Assembly (NCBI RefSeq): GCF_046093005.1
Contig: NZ_JBJTER010000089.1
Coordinates: forward strand, 9,816 to 73,815
Direction of reading: 5' to 3'
DNA length: 64,000 nt
DNA from: Aestuariivirga sp.
Lineage (GTDB): Bacteria; Pseudomonadota; Alphaproteobacteria; Rhizobiales; Aestuariivirgaceae
Shown here: positions 10,346-19,807 of the stretch, in pieces
Numbering within the stretch: position 1 is the first letter of the stretch
How the letters are laid out: each line of letters starts with the position of its first letter
Notes under the pieces: model-generated
Databases searched by the model: none
Told to the model about the DNA's origin: nothing
What the model saw: only the letters and a program-made list of their open reading frames with translations
Position numbers and translations under genes: made by a program

Positions 10346-11494
10346 ATGGCTCTTTCGCGCCGCAAAACCCTGGCTCTGGTCGGCGGAGGCGTCATCGTCG
10401 CGGCGGCGGGCGCCACCGCCTATACGGTGACCCGCCAGCCGGAAACCGCGCTCAACCCCTGGAAGACCGCCGGCAGCCAGGATGAGATTCGGCGCAAGGC
10501 CCTGTCTTTCGCGCTGCTGGCGCCCAACCCGCACAACCGCCAGCCGTGGCTCGTCGATCTCGCAGGCGAGGATCAGGTGGTGCTCTATGCCGATCTGCAG
10601 CGGCTTCTGCCGGAGACCGACCCCTACAGCCGGCAGATCACCCTGGGGCTTGGGGGCTTCCTGGAGCTCATGCGCATGGCCGCCGCGCAGGACGGCTACC
10701 GGGTCGAACTCTCGCTGTTTCCGGAGGGCGAAAACCCCGCGGCGCTCGATCAGCGGCCGGTTGCCCGCGCTGTCTTCCGCGCCGATCCGGGCGTTCAGCC
10801 AGACCCGCTGTTCGCCCATGTCCTCGCCCGCCGGTCTCTGAAGGAGCCCTATGACACGGCGCGGCCGGTGCCGGCCGATGTGCTCCCGGTTATCGCCGCC
10901 AGCGTCAATTCCGGCTCGCGGTTCGGCGGCTCCGTGGCGCAGGATGACATCGGCCAGTTCCGCGGCCTCACCCGCGAGGCGCTGCGCATCGAACTCGAGA
11001 CGCCGCGCACCTACAAGGAAAGTGTGGATGTGTTCCGCATCGGCCGCCGCGAGGTCGACGCCAATCCGGACGGCATCGACTTCACCGGCCCGCTTTTCGA
11101 AACGCTCCGGCTGTTTGGCCTGTTCACGCGCGCGCAGGCGCTCGACCCGGCGTCGTCCGCCTACCAGGCGGGCGTTGAGGCCGTGTTTGCCAACGCCGAC
11201 ACCGCCATGGGCCATGTCTGGCTGGTCACCGCGGCCAATACGAGGCGGGATCAGATCGCCGCCGGGGCGGACTGGCTGCGCGTCAACCTCGCCCTCACCG
11301 GCGCCGGAGTCGGCACCCAGCCGCTGAGCCAGGCCTTGCAGGAATATCCCGAGATGGCCGCACTCTACGCCGATATCCACAAGCGGCTGGCGCCCGGCGG
11401 CGGAACGGTTCAGATGTTCGCGCGGATCGGCTATGGTCCGGCGGCGGAGCCCAGTCCGCGCTGGCCGCTGGAAAAGAAGATTGTCGAAACCTGA
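10346..11494 (+). CDS. Acg-family FMN-binding nitroreductase-like protein with N-terminal Tat-like/TM segment
   Basis: LAPNPHNRQPW, LPETDPYSRQITLGLG, QPLSQALQEY; N-terminal SRRKTL followed by a hydrophobic stretch. Confidence 0.75.
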   Translation: MALSRRKTLALVGGGVIVAAAGATAYTVTRQPETALNPWKTAGSQDEIRRKALSFALLAPNPHNRQPWLVDLAGEDQVVLYADLQRLLPETDPYSRQITLGLGGFLELMRMAAAQDGYRVELSLFPEGENPAALDQRPVARAVFRADPGVQPDPLFAHVLARRSLKEPYDTARPVPADVLPVIAASVNSGSRFGGSVAQDDIGQFRGLTREALRIELETPRTYKESVDVFRIGRREVDANPDGIDFTGPLFETLRLFGLFTRAQALDPASSAYQAGVEAVFANADTAMGHVWLVTAANTRRDQIAAGADWLRVNLALTGAGVGTQPLSQALQEYPEMAALYADIHKRLAPGGGTVQMFARIGYGPAAEPSPRWPLEKKIVET

Positions 11495-11936
11495 CGACGC
11501 CACCAGGCTGATTTTCGCGTTCTTCAACGAAATCGCCATCATCAGCCAGCTGTCCGGCAGGATGCTGGAAGAGGCGTTGCCCGGCGGATTTCTCGCCTCG
11601 CATTTCGGGGTTCTCAACCACCTCGTCCGGCTGGGCGATGGCCGCACGCCGCTGGCGATCGCCCGGGCCTTTCAGGTGCCCAAGACCACGATGACCCACA
11701 CGCTGGCGGGGCTTGAGAAGGCCGGGCTCATCAGCCTCGCGCCCAACCCCGCCGACGGACGCTCAAAATGCGTCAAGCTCACCCCGGAAGGCCGCCGTTT
11801 CCACGATGCGGCGATTATGCGGCTGCAGCCTCAGCTCCAAACGATCGCGGAACGCTTTCCGCCCGGGAACATCGCCGCCATGCTGCCCATGCTCTCGGAC
11901 ATCCGCGCCTACCTCGACAAGCTGCGAGACCGGTAG
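11481..11936 (+). CDS. MarR-family transcriptional regulator
   Basis: wHTH with KTTMTHTLAGLEKAGLI and NPADGRSKCVKLT; probable TTG start overlapping the upstream gene. Confidence 0.85.
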   Translation: MSKPDDATRLIFAFFNEIAIISQLSGRMLEEALPGGFLASHFGVLNHLVRLGDGRTPLAIARAFQVPKTTMTHTLAGLEKAGLISLAPNPADGRSKCVKLTPEGRRFHDAAIMRLQPQLQTIAERFPPGNIAAMLPMLSDIRAYLDKLRDR

Positions 11937-11940
11937 CGGG

Positions 11941-12252
11941 TCAGATGCCGATCAGCACTTTGCCGTTTTCGACCTTCACCGGATAGGTCTTGAGGTTGAT
12001 GCACACAGGCGCGCCCTTGGCCTCGCCGGTGCGGTAATCGAAGCGGCCGTTGTGCTTGGGGCATTCGATGATGTTGTCCATCACCAGCCCGTCCGCCAGA
12101 TGCACTTTCTCATGCGTGCAGAGGCCATCGGTGGCGTAATACGTGTCGTCCGGCGCGCGGTAGATCGCATAGCTGCGCCCGTCATGGTCAAAGCGCATGA
12201 CATCCTCCCGCGCGACATCGCCGGTGGCGCAGGCTTCAATCCATTGTGTCAT
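11941..12252 (-). CDS. MocE-type Rieske [2Fe-2S] ferredoxin
   Basis: CTHE and CPKH Rieske ligands; start MTQWIEAC. Confidence 0.85.
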   Translation of the reverse strand: MTQWIEACATGDVAREDVMRFDHDGRSYAIYRAPDDTYYATDGLCTHEKVHLADGLVMDNIIECPKHNGRFDYRTGEAKGAPVCINLKTYPVKVENGKVLIGI

Positions 12253-12397
12253 GCGCGCGTGCTCCAGCGGTGCGGCGGGTTGATGCTTGAAGATTACCCG
12301 CAAGCGGCGGATGGAACAAGGCCGGCGGACACACTCTCGCCAAAGATCGGGAGGATACGTCCGTATGCTTTGGACGCGAACAAAGGCGGCCACCCGC

Positions 12398-13168
12398 ATG
12401 CGAAACGCCCTGTCCGTGATTCTTGCCCTGGGTCTGCTGGGACTGGCCGGCGGGACCGCGGCGGCGAGTCAGGTGGCGGTCACCTATAAGGTCGACGTGG
12501 GCCCCGTGACGCTGACGACCGTTCGCTTCATCCTTGATGTGGGCGCCGATACGGTAACTTCCACGGCCCGCATCAAAAGCAACGGGCTTGCCAATCTTTT
12601 CGCCGAATACAGCGCCGTGGCGCGGGCCACCAGCCTGATCAACGGCGGCGCGCCGCAACCCGTGAGTTTCGATCTGGTGCGCGAGCGCGAAAAGGATATC
12701 CGCAGAGCCACCCTGTCGTGGACCGCCGATGGCGATCTCACCTATGAGCCGCAGAGTCCCAGGCCCGAGCGCCGGGAAGACATCGCCCGGGCGCTGAACA
12801 GCCGGGTTACCGATCCGATCACCGCGGTGTTGCGCATCGGAACCGCCGGCGAGACGCCATGTCCCTCCGTCCATGAGGTGTTCGACGGGCGTGACGTCTT
12901 CGAGCTCGCGCTGACCGACAAGGGAGCCGGCCATCTTGATGACGGCGCCGCCTATCAGGGCATGGTGCAACATTGTGAAGTGCGTTGGACTCCGCTTGCC
13001 GGGCGCGCCAAGGAGAAAAACGTCCCCGGCGATAGCTATGACGTCGCCTTCGCGCCGGTGGGCAAGCTCCCCACCGGCCAGCAACTGTGGCTTCCCGTCG
13101 ATCTCCGGGGTTCGCTCAAAGGCCTGCCGTTCCGGGCCTATGCCGGCGAGCTTGAGACGGCCGAGTGA
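12398..13168 (+). CDS. DUF3108-family exported protein
   Basis: Signal peptide MRNALSVILALGLLGLAGGTAAA; DPITAVL and VFDGRDVF motifs. Confidence 0.62.
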   Translation: MRNALSVILALGLLGLAGGTAAASQVAVTYKVDVGPVTLTTVRFILDVGADTVTSTARIKSNGLANLFAEYSAVARATSLINGGAPQPVSFDLVREREKDIRRATLSWTADGDLTYEPQSPRPERREDIARALNSRVTDPITAVLRIGTAGETPCPSVHEVFDGRDVFELALTDKGAGHLDDGAAYQGMVQHCEVRWTPLAGRAKEKNVPGDSYDVAFAPVGKLPTGQQLWLPVDLRGSLKGLPFRAYAGELETAE

Positions 13169-13228
13169 TGCGATCCTTCAAGCGCCGGCGTTGAGAACGG
13201 CCGCGCCGGCTGGCGGCGCGGGCGCGCC

Positions 13229-13846
13229 TCAGAACTCGACCCCCGCCTGCGCCTTGACGCCGTCGCGGAACGGATGCTTCACCTGTTCCATCTCGGTGAC
13301 GAGATCGGCGATCTCGATCAGCTCGTCCTTGGCGTTGCGTCCGGTGACGATCACATGCTTGTCCGCGGGCTTGTCGCGCAACACCTCCAGCACCTCGCCG
13401 AGCGGCAGATAGTCATAGCGCAGCACGATGTTGAGTTCATCGAGCAGCACCATGCGGCAGGCGGGATCGGCGATCATGCGCCTGGCTTCCTCCCAGGCGG
13501 CGCGGGCATGCGCGATGTCGCGTTCACGGTCCTGGGTTTCCCAGGTGAAGCCCTCGCCCATTGCTTTCACCGTTACCAGATCGGGGAACTTCTCCAGCAC
13601 CGTGCGCTCGCCGGTGGCCCAGGCGCCTTTCACGAACTGCACGACACCGCAGCGCATGCCATGGCCGATGGCCCGGAAAATCATGCCGAAGGCGGCGGTG
13701 GATTTCCCCTTGCCCTTGCCGGTGTGAACGATCAGCAGGCCTTTCTCGATGGTCTTGCCGGCCATGATCTTGTCGCGCACGGCCTTCTTCTTCACCATCT
13801 TCTCGTGGTGGCGGGCATTGTCATGGCCCGGCTTTTCCTCGGTCAT
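13229..13846 (-). CDS. cobO: Cob(I)yrinic acid a,c-diamide adenosyltransferase
   Basis: HTGKGKGKSTAAFG, QFVKG, GEGFTWETQ, LDELN, TGRNA, QAGVEF. Confidence 0.96.
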   Translation of the reverse strand: MTEEKPGHDNARHHEKMVKKKAVRDKIMAGKTIEKGLLIVHTGKGKGKSTAAFGMIFRAIGHGMRCGVVQFVKGAWATGERTVLEKFPDLVTVKAMGEGFTWETQDRERDIAHARAAWEEARRMIADPACRMVLLDELNIVLRYDYLPLGEVLEVLRDKPADKHVIVTGRNAKDELIEIADLVTEMEQVKHPFRDGVKAQAGVEF

Positions 13847-16800
13847 TTGGTAAGCTCCTCCAGCACATCATGCGCGGAATTAAGCCGCGGCGTCCATAGC
13901 CCGCGGGCGGCGGCCTCCGCCAGGCGCTGGGCAATCTCCTTGAGCGCCGCCGGATTGTTGTCCGCGATGAAGCGGCGGGTGCCGGCATCGGCGATGAAGG
14001 CGTCATAGGCGAGATCGAAATGATGCGAGCGCACCGCGCCGGTTGTCGCCGCGAAAGCAAACATGTAGTCCACCGTGGCGGCGATCTCGAAGGCCCCCTT
14101 GTAGCCGTGGCGCTTCACGCCATCGATCCATTTGGGATTGACCACGCGGGACCGCATCACCCGGCTCACCTCCTCCTCGAGCGTGCGGATCACCGGGCGC
14201 TCGGGCCGCGAATGATCATTATGGTAGACGCGCGGGCGGGTGCCGGATGCCTGTTCCACCGCCGCCGTCATGCCGCCCTCGAACTGATAGTAGTCATCCG
14301 AATCGAGCAGATCGTGTTCGCGGTTATCCTGGTTGTGGACCACCGCCTCGATCCGCTTGAGGCGCGAGAGGAAGGCGTCTTCGTCGCGCACGCCTTGTGC
14401 GCCCGCGCCATAGGCATAGGCGCCCCAGGTGACATAGGCGGCGGCGAGATCGGCGCGGCTAGTCCATATCTTCTCATCGATCAGCGCCTGCAGGCCAGCT
14501 CCATAGGCGCCCGGTCTGGATCCGAAGATGCGATGGCCGGCCATCCGCCGGGCCTCGGCGTCGCCGATCCCCGCCCTTGCCAGTGCGCGCGCTTCCGCCG
14601 CCATGCGCTGAGCCAGCGGGTTGTCGTCTTCATCCTCCTCGAGCGCTCCCACCGCGCGGATCGCCTTGTCGAGGAGTTCGATCTGGGCGGGGAAGGCGTC
14701 GCGGAAGAAGCCGGAGATGCGCAAGGTCACATCGACGCGCGGCCGCCCCAGCCTGGCGAGCGGCAGGATCTCGAAGCCGGTCACCCGCCAGCTCGCTGTG
14801 TCCCACACCGGTTTGGCGCCGATCAGGGCGAGCGCCTGGGCAATGTCGTCGCCGCCGGTGCGCATGTTGGAGGTGCCCCAGGCGGAAAGCCCCAGCGCCT
14901 TGGGATAGCGCCCGAAATCCTGGAGATGGCGGAGCAGCAGCTCCTCGGCGGATTTGCGCCCGAGCGTCCAGGCGGCGGGCGTGGGCAGGGTGCGGTTGTC
15001 AAGCGAATAGAAGTTCCGCCCGGTCGGCAGCACGTCGAGACGGCCCCGGGTGGGGGCACCCGATGGCCCCGGCCGCACGAAACGCCCCGCAAGACCTCCC
15101 AGAAGTGCGGCGATTTCACATGGTCCCGAAGCGCGCAGCAGCGGCCGCACATGGCTGTCGATGCGGGCGAGCACCCTGGCGGTTGCGTTCATGCCGGGCG
15201 GCAAGGCGAGGCCCTCCAGCAAAGCCGCCGCATAAAGCTCAAGCCGCTCCACGGTATCGCCGTTGCTGCGCCAGGCTTCGGCCGAGATGTCAGCCAGTGC
15301 CAGTGGACGCGGGCCTGCCCAGGCCGCGGCGGGCGCGCAGCTCAGGGGGTCGAAGCCGGTCAATCCGAAATCGATCGTCAGCGCCCGGGTGAGCGATTGA
15401 TCGCCGTCTTCGCCAAGCCCGCGCGGCACGCGGGTGAGCGCCACGAGAAGATCGGTTTCGAGCCGGCCTTGCGGTGCGGCTCCCAGCACGTGAAGCCCAT
15501 CGCGGATTTGTGCTTCCTTGAGATCGCAGAGAAACGCATCAAGCCGCTGCAAATCCTGCTCTTCGTCACCGGTGAACCCAGCGTCCGCATCAAGCCTTGT
15601 TGAAGCGGTGAGCGCCAGGATATCGCGGCGCAGTGCCGCGCGCCGCCGCGGGTCGAGGCCGGACGCGAGGTAGTACTCGTCAACGAGGGCTTCGAGATCC
15701 TTGAGCGGGCCATAGGTCTCGGCGCGCGTGAGCGGCGGCGTCAGATGGCTGATGATCACCGCCGCGGTGCGCCGCTTGGCCTGGGTGCCTTCGCCCGGAT
15801 CATTGATGATGAACGGGTAAAGCTGCGGCACCGGCCCGAGAATGGCTTCCGGCAGGCAGTCCGCCGAAAGCGCGGTCGCCTTGCCCGGCAGCCATTCGAG
15901 ATTGCCATGCTTGCCATTGTGGATCACCGCATGGGCGCCGAACACGTGCCGCACCCAGATGTAGAAGGCGAGATAGCCATGCGGCGGCGGCAGGGCAGGG
16001 TCATGGTAGCTGGATTTGGGATCGATGTTGTAGCCGCGCGCCGGCTGGATCGCCACCGCGGCATTGCCATGGCGGATCACCGGCAGGCGGAAGCCGCCGC
16101 CGGCGAAGAACGGGTCATCAGCGGGATCGCCCCAGCGGCCAGTGATCCGTTCACGGACGGTCTCCGGCAATGCCGCGAAATGCCGGAGGTAATCGGCCAG
16201 CGAAAGCGTTTCTCCATTCACGCAAGCCGTCTTTGGCGCGGCGTTGGTCGGGCCCCGCTGCAGGGCGGCGATCAAGGCGTTGCCGGTCTCGGGGATGTTG
16301 GTGATCGCATAGCCTTCACCGAGCAGGGCGGCGAGGATCGCCACCGTGCTGGCCGGCGTGTCATAGCCCACGCCATTGGCGATGCGGCCATCCTTGTTGG
16401 GATAGTTGGCGAGGATCACCGCCACTTTCCGCCCTTGCGGCGGCGTGCGCCGGAGCCTGATCCAGCTGGCCGCGAGATCGGCCACGAAGGCCACGCGGTC
16501 CTCAACCGGGCGGTAGGTGAGGATCGGGCACTCCGTCCCGGCGTGCCACTGGTCCTCCGCCTTGAAGGAGATGGCGCGTGACAGAATTCTGCCGTCCAGT
16601 TCCGGCAGCACCACATTCATCGCGAGGTCGCGGGCCTCGAGGCCTTGCGGGCTGGCGCGCCACCGGGCTTCGGAGCTTCCCGCCAGCACCACTTGCAGCA
16701 CCGGGCAATCATAGGCCGCCAGCGGATCGTCGGCGCCGCCCGCCGCCACCGCGAAACTGGTGGCATTCAGGATGATGTCCGGCGGCCGCCCGGAAAGCCC

Positions 16801-17511
16801 GCCACCGATTGCCGCAATACTCGCCGCGTCCTTGAGGCTGGCGACATAGAAAGCGCGTGTTGCAATGCCGCGCGCGGCAAGCTCATCGATCAGCGCGTCG
16901 ATGGGGGCTGTCTGGCCGCCGTCGATCGCCGAGCGGTAGAAGATGATCGCCGCCAGCGGCTGGCCCGCCGCGCCGGTTTCGCGGTAGAGCCCGGCGGGGG
17001 CGGGGGGGATGGCGGGTGCCGGCTCTTCACCCCGCTCCGTCAGATGCCTGCAATAGGCAAGAAAGCCATCGGCGTTGGCGGCGCCGCCGGCCACCAGATA
17101 CTGCCGCAGCCGCTCGCAGTGATGGGCGGGCAGGCTTGAGCGGCGCGTGAGGTCCGGGTCCGGCTGGGCATCTCCCGGCAGGACCGCCAGCAGGATTCCC
17201 CTGGTCTCGGCCAGCGCCTCCAGTTGTTCCAGCCCATAGCTCCAGTAGGACGCGCCACCCAGCAGCCGCAGCACGATCAGCCTGGCATGCGCCAGCGTCT
17301 TCCCGGCGTAAACATCGACCGACAGCGGATGCTGCAGCCGCAACAGGCTGGCGAGGCGCAGGGAACAGGGGTTCCGGTCATGGGCGCGGGCGAGGCTTGC
17401 GAGTTCGCTGTCGGCGGCCGACAGCACGATGATATCGGCCGGCCGCTGCGCGAGGTCGACGGCCTCGGCACTGCCGTCGATCACACCGCTGGTTGAGGCG
17501 AGGAGGTGCAT
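13843..17511 (-). CDS. cobN: Cobaltochelatase large subunit
   Basis: MHLLA start, GKHGNLEWLPGK, NDPGEGTQAKRR, PTGRNFY, NPKWIDGVKRHGYKGA. Confidence 0.96.
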   Translation of the reverse strand: MHLLASTSGVIDGSAEAVDLAQRPADIIVLSAADSELASLARAHDRNPCSLRLASLLRLQHPLSVDVYAGKTLAHARLIVLRLLGGASYWSYGLEQLEALAETRGILLAVLPGDAQPDPDLTRRSSLPAHHCERLRQYLVAGGAANADGFLAYCRHLTERGEEPAPAIPPAPAGLYRETGAAGQPLAAIIFYRSAIDGGQTAPIDALIDELAARGIATRAFYVASLKDAASIAAIGGGLSGRPPDIILNATSFAVAAGGADDPLAAYDCPVLQVVLAGSSEARWRASPQGLEARDLAMNVVLPELDGRILSRAISFKAEDQWHAGTECPILTYRPVEDRVAFVADLAASWIRLRRTPPQGRKVAVILANYPNKDGRIANGVGYDTPASTVAILAALLGEGYAITNIPETGNALIAALQRGPTNAAPKTACVNGETLSLADYLRHFAALPETVRERITGRWGDPADDPFFAGGGFRLPVIRHGNAAVAIQPARGYNIDPKSSYHDPALPPPHGYLAFYIWVRHVFGAHAVIHNGKHGNLEWLPGKATALSADCLPEAILGPVPQLYPFIINDPGEGTQAKRRTAAVIISHLTPPLTRAETYGPLKDLEALVDEYYLASGLDPRRRAALRRDILALTASTRLDADAGFTGDEEQDLQRLDAFLCDLKEAQIRDGLHVLGAAPQGRLETDLLVALTRVPRGLGEDGDQSLTRALTIDFGLTGFDPLSCAPAAAWAGPRPLALADISAEAWRSNGDTVERLELYAAALLEGLALPPGMNATARVLARIDSHVRPLLRASGPCEIAALLGGLAGRFVRPGPSGAPTRGRLDVLPTGRNFYSLDNRTLPTPAAWTLGRKSAEELLLRHLQDFGRYPKALGLSAWGTSNMRTGGDDIAQALALIGAKPVWDTASWRVTGFEILPLARLGRPRVDVTLRISGFFRDAFPAQIELLDKAIRAVGALEEDEDDNPLAQRMAAEARALARAGIGDAEARRMAGHRIFGSRPGAYGAGLQALIDEKIWTSRADLAAAYVTWGAYAYGAGAQGVRDEDAFLSRLKRIEAVVHNQDNREHDLLDSDDYYQFEGGMTAAVEQASGTRPRVYHNDHSRPERPVIRTLEEEVSRVMRSRVVNPKWIDGVKRHGYKGAFEIAATVDYMFAFAATTGAVRSHHFDLAYDAFIADAGTRRFIADNNPAALKEIAQRLAEAAARGLWTPRLNSAHDVLEELTK

Positions 17512-18542
17512 CAGCCTCGCAGCAGCTGGGTGATGGCGGCGCGGTCCATGTGCTTCTCGCCGATCACCACGAGGGCCGTGCCGCGCGGCTCGTCCTGGCG
17601 CCATGGCCGGTCGAAATAGCTGTCGAGCCGCGGGCCCACCGCCTGCACCAGCAGCCGCGCCGGCGCGCCCGCGATTTCGGCGAAGCCCTTGAGGCGCAGG
17701 ACGCCGTGGCTGGCGATGGCGTTTCCGATGCGGTTCAGCAGCGCTGCCTTATCGCCTTGCGGGCCGAGCGCCACCACGAAGCTCACGAAATCATCATGGT
17801 CATGCTGTTCCTCGCCTTCCATCTCATGGTGCGAGAGGCGGTTCGCCATATCGTCTTCCGCCGCCGCCCCGGCGCCCAGCAGTGCTGCCACGCTCACCGC
17901 GCCGTGCCGCGCGGCGATCATCCCGGTGCCCGCCCGCAGCTTCTGCTTCAGCGCGGCGGTAACGGCGTCCTGTTCGCCGGCCGCGAGAAGGTCGGTCTTG
18001 TTGACGATCACCAGGTCAGCGCAATTGAGCTGATCCTCGAACAGTTCCTCGATCGGGTTTTCATGGTCGAGCGTCGGGTCGGCCAGGCGCTGTGCCGCCA
18101 GCGCTTCTTCATCATCCGCGAAACGGCCCTCGGCCAGCGCCTTGGCATCGACAACGGTGATCACCCCATCGACGGTGACGCGCGGCTTGATCTCCGGCCA
18201 GTTGAAGGCCCGCACCAGAGGCTGGGGCAGGGCGAGGCCGGAGGTTTCGATCACGATGTGCTGCGGCGGGTCCGGCCGGTCGATCAGCTTCTTCATGGTC
18301 GGAATGAAATCATCGGCCACGGTGCAGCAGATGCAGCCATTGGCGAGTTCGATCACATCCTCCTCGCGGCAGGCTTCGGCGCCGCAGCCCTTCAGGATTT
18401 CGCCATCGACCCCGACATCGCCGAACTCGTTGACGATGAGAGCGATGCGCCGCCCGCCGGCATTGGCCAGCAGGTTGCGGATCAGCGTGGTCTTGCCGGC
18501 GCCGAGGAAGCCGGTGATGACGGTGGCGGGAATCTTCTGCAT
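17511..18542 (-). CDS. cobW: Cobalamin biosynthesis GTPase CobW
   Basis: MQKIPATVITGFLGAGKTT, NGCICCTVADDF, ETSGLALP. Confidence 0.94.
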   Translation of the reverse strand: MQKIPATVITGFLGAGKTTLIRNLLANAGGRRIALIVNEFGDVGVDGEILKGCGAEACREEDVIELANGCICCTVADDFIPTMKKLIDRPDPPQHIVIETSGLALPQPLVRAFNWPEIKPRVTVDGVITVVDAKALAEGRFADDEEALAAQRLADPTLDHENPIEELFEDQLNCADLVIVNKTDLLAAGEQDAVTAALKQKLRAGTGMIAARHGAVSVAALLGAGAAAEDDMANRLSHHEMEGEEQHDHDDFVSFVVALGPQGDKAALLNRIGNAIASHGVLRLKGFAEIAGAPARLLVQAVGPRLDSYFDRPWRQDEPRGTALVVIGEKHMDRAAITQLLRG

Positions 18543-18544
18543 GG

Positions 18545-19237
18545 TCAGCTTTCGTAAATGTCCCTGGCGGTGAGCGTGAGGGCCACGGCGAGGAACTGGC
18601 CGATCAGCAGCCAGAACACCGCATTGGCGGCGATGGTGTTGGCGGCGAAGCGCGCCGCGAGTTCGGCCGGCACCGTGCTTTCGGCATGGATGCCCGATGG
18701 CGCGCCCAGCGCATGCGGAAGGGCGATCAGTGCCAGCGCCAGCGCCACGGCCCAGGCCTGGCGGCGGCTCACGAGCAGAAAGATGCCTGCCGCCGTCAGG
18801 GCCACGGTGCTCACCCACCATAGCTGCTGCAGCCAAAGATCGCCCGCCGCCATGCCAGGAAGCACCGGAGGGAGGCCGGCTGCCGGGGCAATGGTGACGG
18901 CCAGAAATCCGCACAGGCCCCAGACCATGCCGTTCCGCCGGGTGATGGCGATGCCGGACAGCAGCGAAATTCCCGCCAGCACGGCGGCAAAGGCGGCGCC
19001 GGTCATGACGGTGGTGAGGGTGGTTGCGAGGCTTCGCTGCCAGCCATCGGCGGGGCGCCAGCCGTCATGCTCATGCGCCCCGCCGTTGCCATGGTCATGC
19101 GTGGCCACGGATTGCCGCGCCTCGAAGCCTTCGGCTTTAAGGATGAGGGGCGTCAGCCGCACATGCAGGATGGCACCCATGATAAGCCCGGCCGCCATCC
19201 CCGCAAGGAGTGCGGCGAGCACCACGCGCCCGATCAT
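18545..19237 (-). CDS. cbtA: Cobalt transporter subunit CbtA
   Basis: TM helices, His-rich loop (HDHGNGGAHEHD), GLPPVLPG, PHALGAP; lies downstream of cbtB. Confidence 0.85.
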   Translation of the reverse strand: MIGRVVLAALLAGMAAGLIMGAILHVRLTPLILKAEGFEARQSVATHDHGNGGAHEHDGWRPADGWQRSLATTLTTVMTGAAFAAVLAGISLLSGIAITRRNGMVWGLCGFLAVTIAPAAGLPPVLPGMAAGDLWLQQLWWVSTVALTAAGIFLLVSRRQAWAVALALALIALPHALGAPSGIHAESTVPAELAARFAANTIAANAVFWLLIGQFLAVALTLTARDIYES

Positions 19238-19250
19238 GAGCTAGGCGTGG

Positions 19251-19427
19251 TCAGTGGCAGGGAAAGCCAATGGCATGGCGGGTATCATGGGCGCTGTTAT
19301 GCGCCACCGCCATGTTGGAGAGCCCCACCGCGAAGGTCAGCGTGAGGCCGATGAAGACAAGCGCCAGCCCGGCGGCAAGCCGTTGCGAGACGCTGAGCGG
19401 GAAAGCGGAAACAGAACGCGCGGTCAT
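19251..19427 (-). CDS. cbtB: Cobalt transporter subunit CbtB (58 aa)
   Basis: One TM helix and C-terminal HNSAHDTRHAIGFPCH. Confidence 0.87.
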   Translation of the reverse strand: MTARSVSAFPLSVSQRLAAGLALVFIGLTLTFAVGLSNMAVAHNSAHDTRHAIGFPCH

Positions 19428-19461
19428 GAACACCCTCCGTGGTGACCAGGTTGATCCGGTT

Positions 19462-19650
19462 GCGTGGCAGGTCTCCTGACTTGCGGGTCGCCGGGCTCTG
19501 GCGGCCTTCCCGGTTGCCCAGTGGCCATGATCGCCAGAACCCTCGCCGCTCACAGTTGCGGGGGCAGTCACGGTTTTGGCCCCGCTTGGGTCATCCTCAC
19601 CGTGTTCCCTGTTAGGCCCGCTGCCGTCCGGCGTGCGGGCACCACACAAG
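19462..19650 (-). ncRNA. Cobalamin (AdoCbl) riboswitch
   Basis: Minus strand reads AGGGAACACGGTG...AAACCGTGACTGCCCCCGCAACTGTGAG...GCCACTG...GGGAAGGC...AAGTCAGGAGACCTGCC upstream of cbtB. Confidence 0.93.
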
Positions 19651-19807
19651 CGTTGTTCTTACAGCATGCCGGCGCTTCGTCAACCGCGCCACGCCGCTTT
19701 CCGGTCCGAAAACGGCACAGCTTGGAGCCCCGCGTTTACCAAACCGCAAGTCCCGGGGCCCTTGCCGGAAACTGGATTTTAACCCTGTTGGCCGGATACT
19801 GCCTTTC

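Noticed and set aside
19428-19649. 74-codon N-terminal extension of cbtB in the ORF track
   Set aside because: Coincides with the cobalamin riboswitch; the true start is ATG 19427 with a GGAGG RBS.
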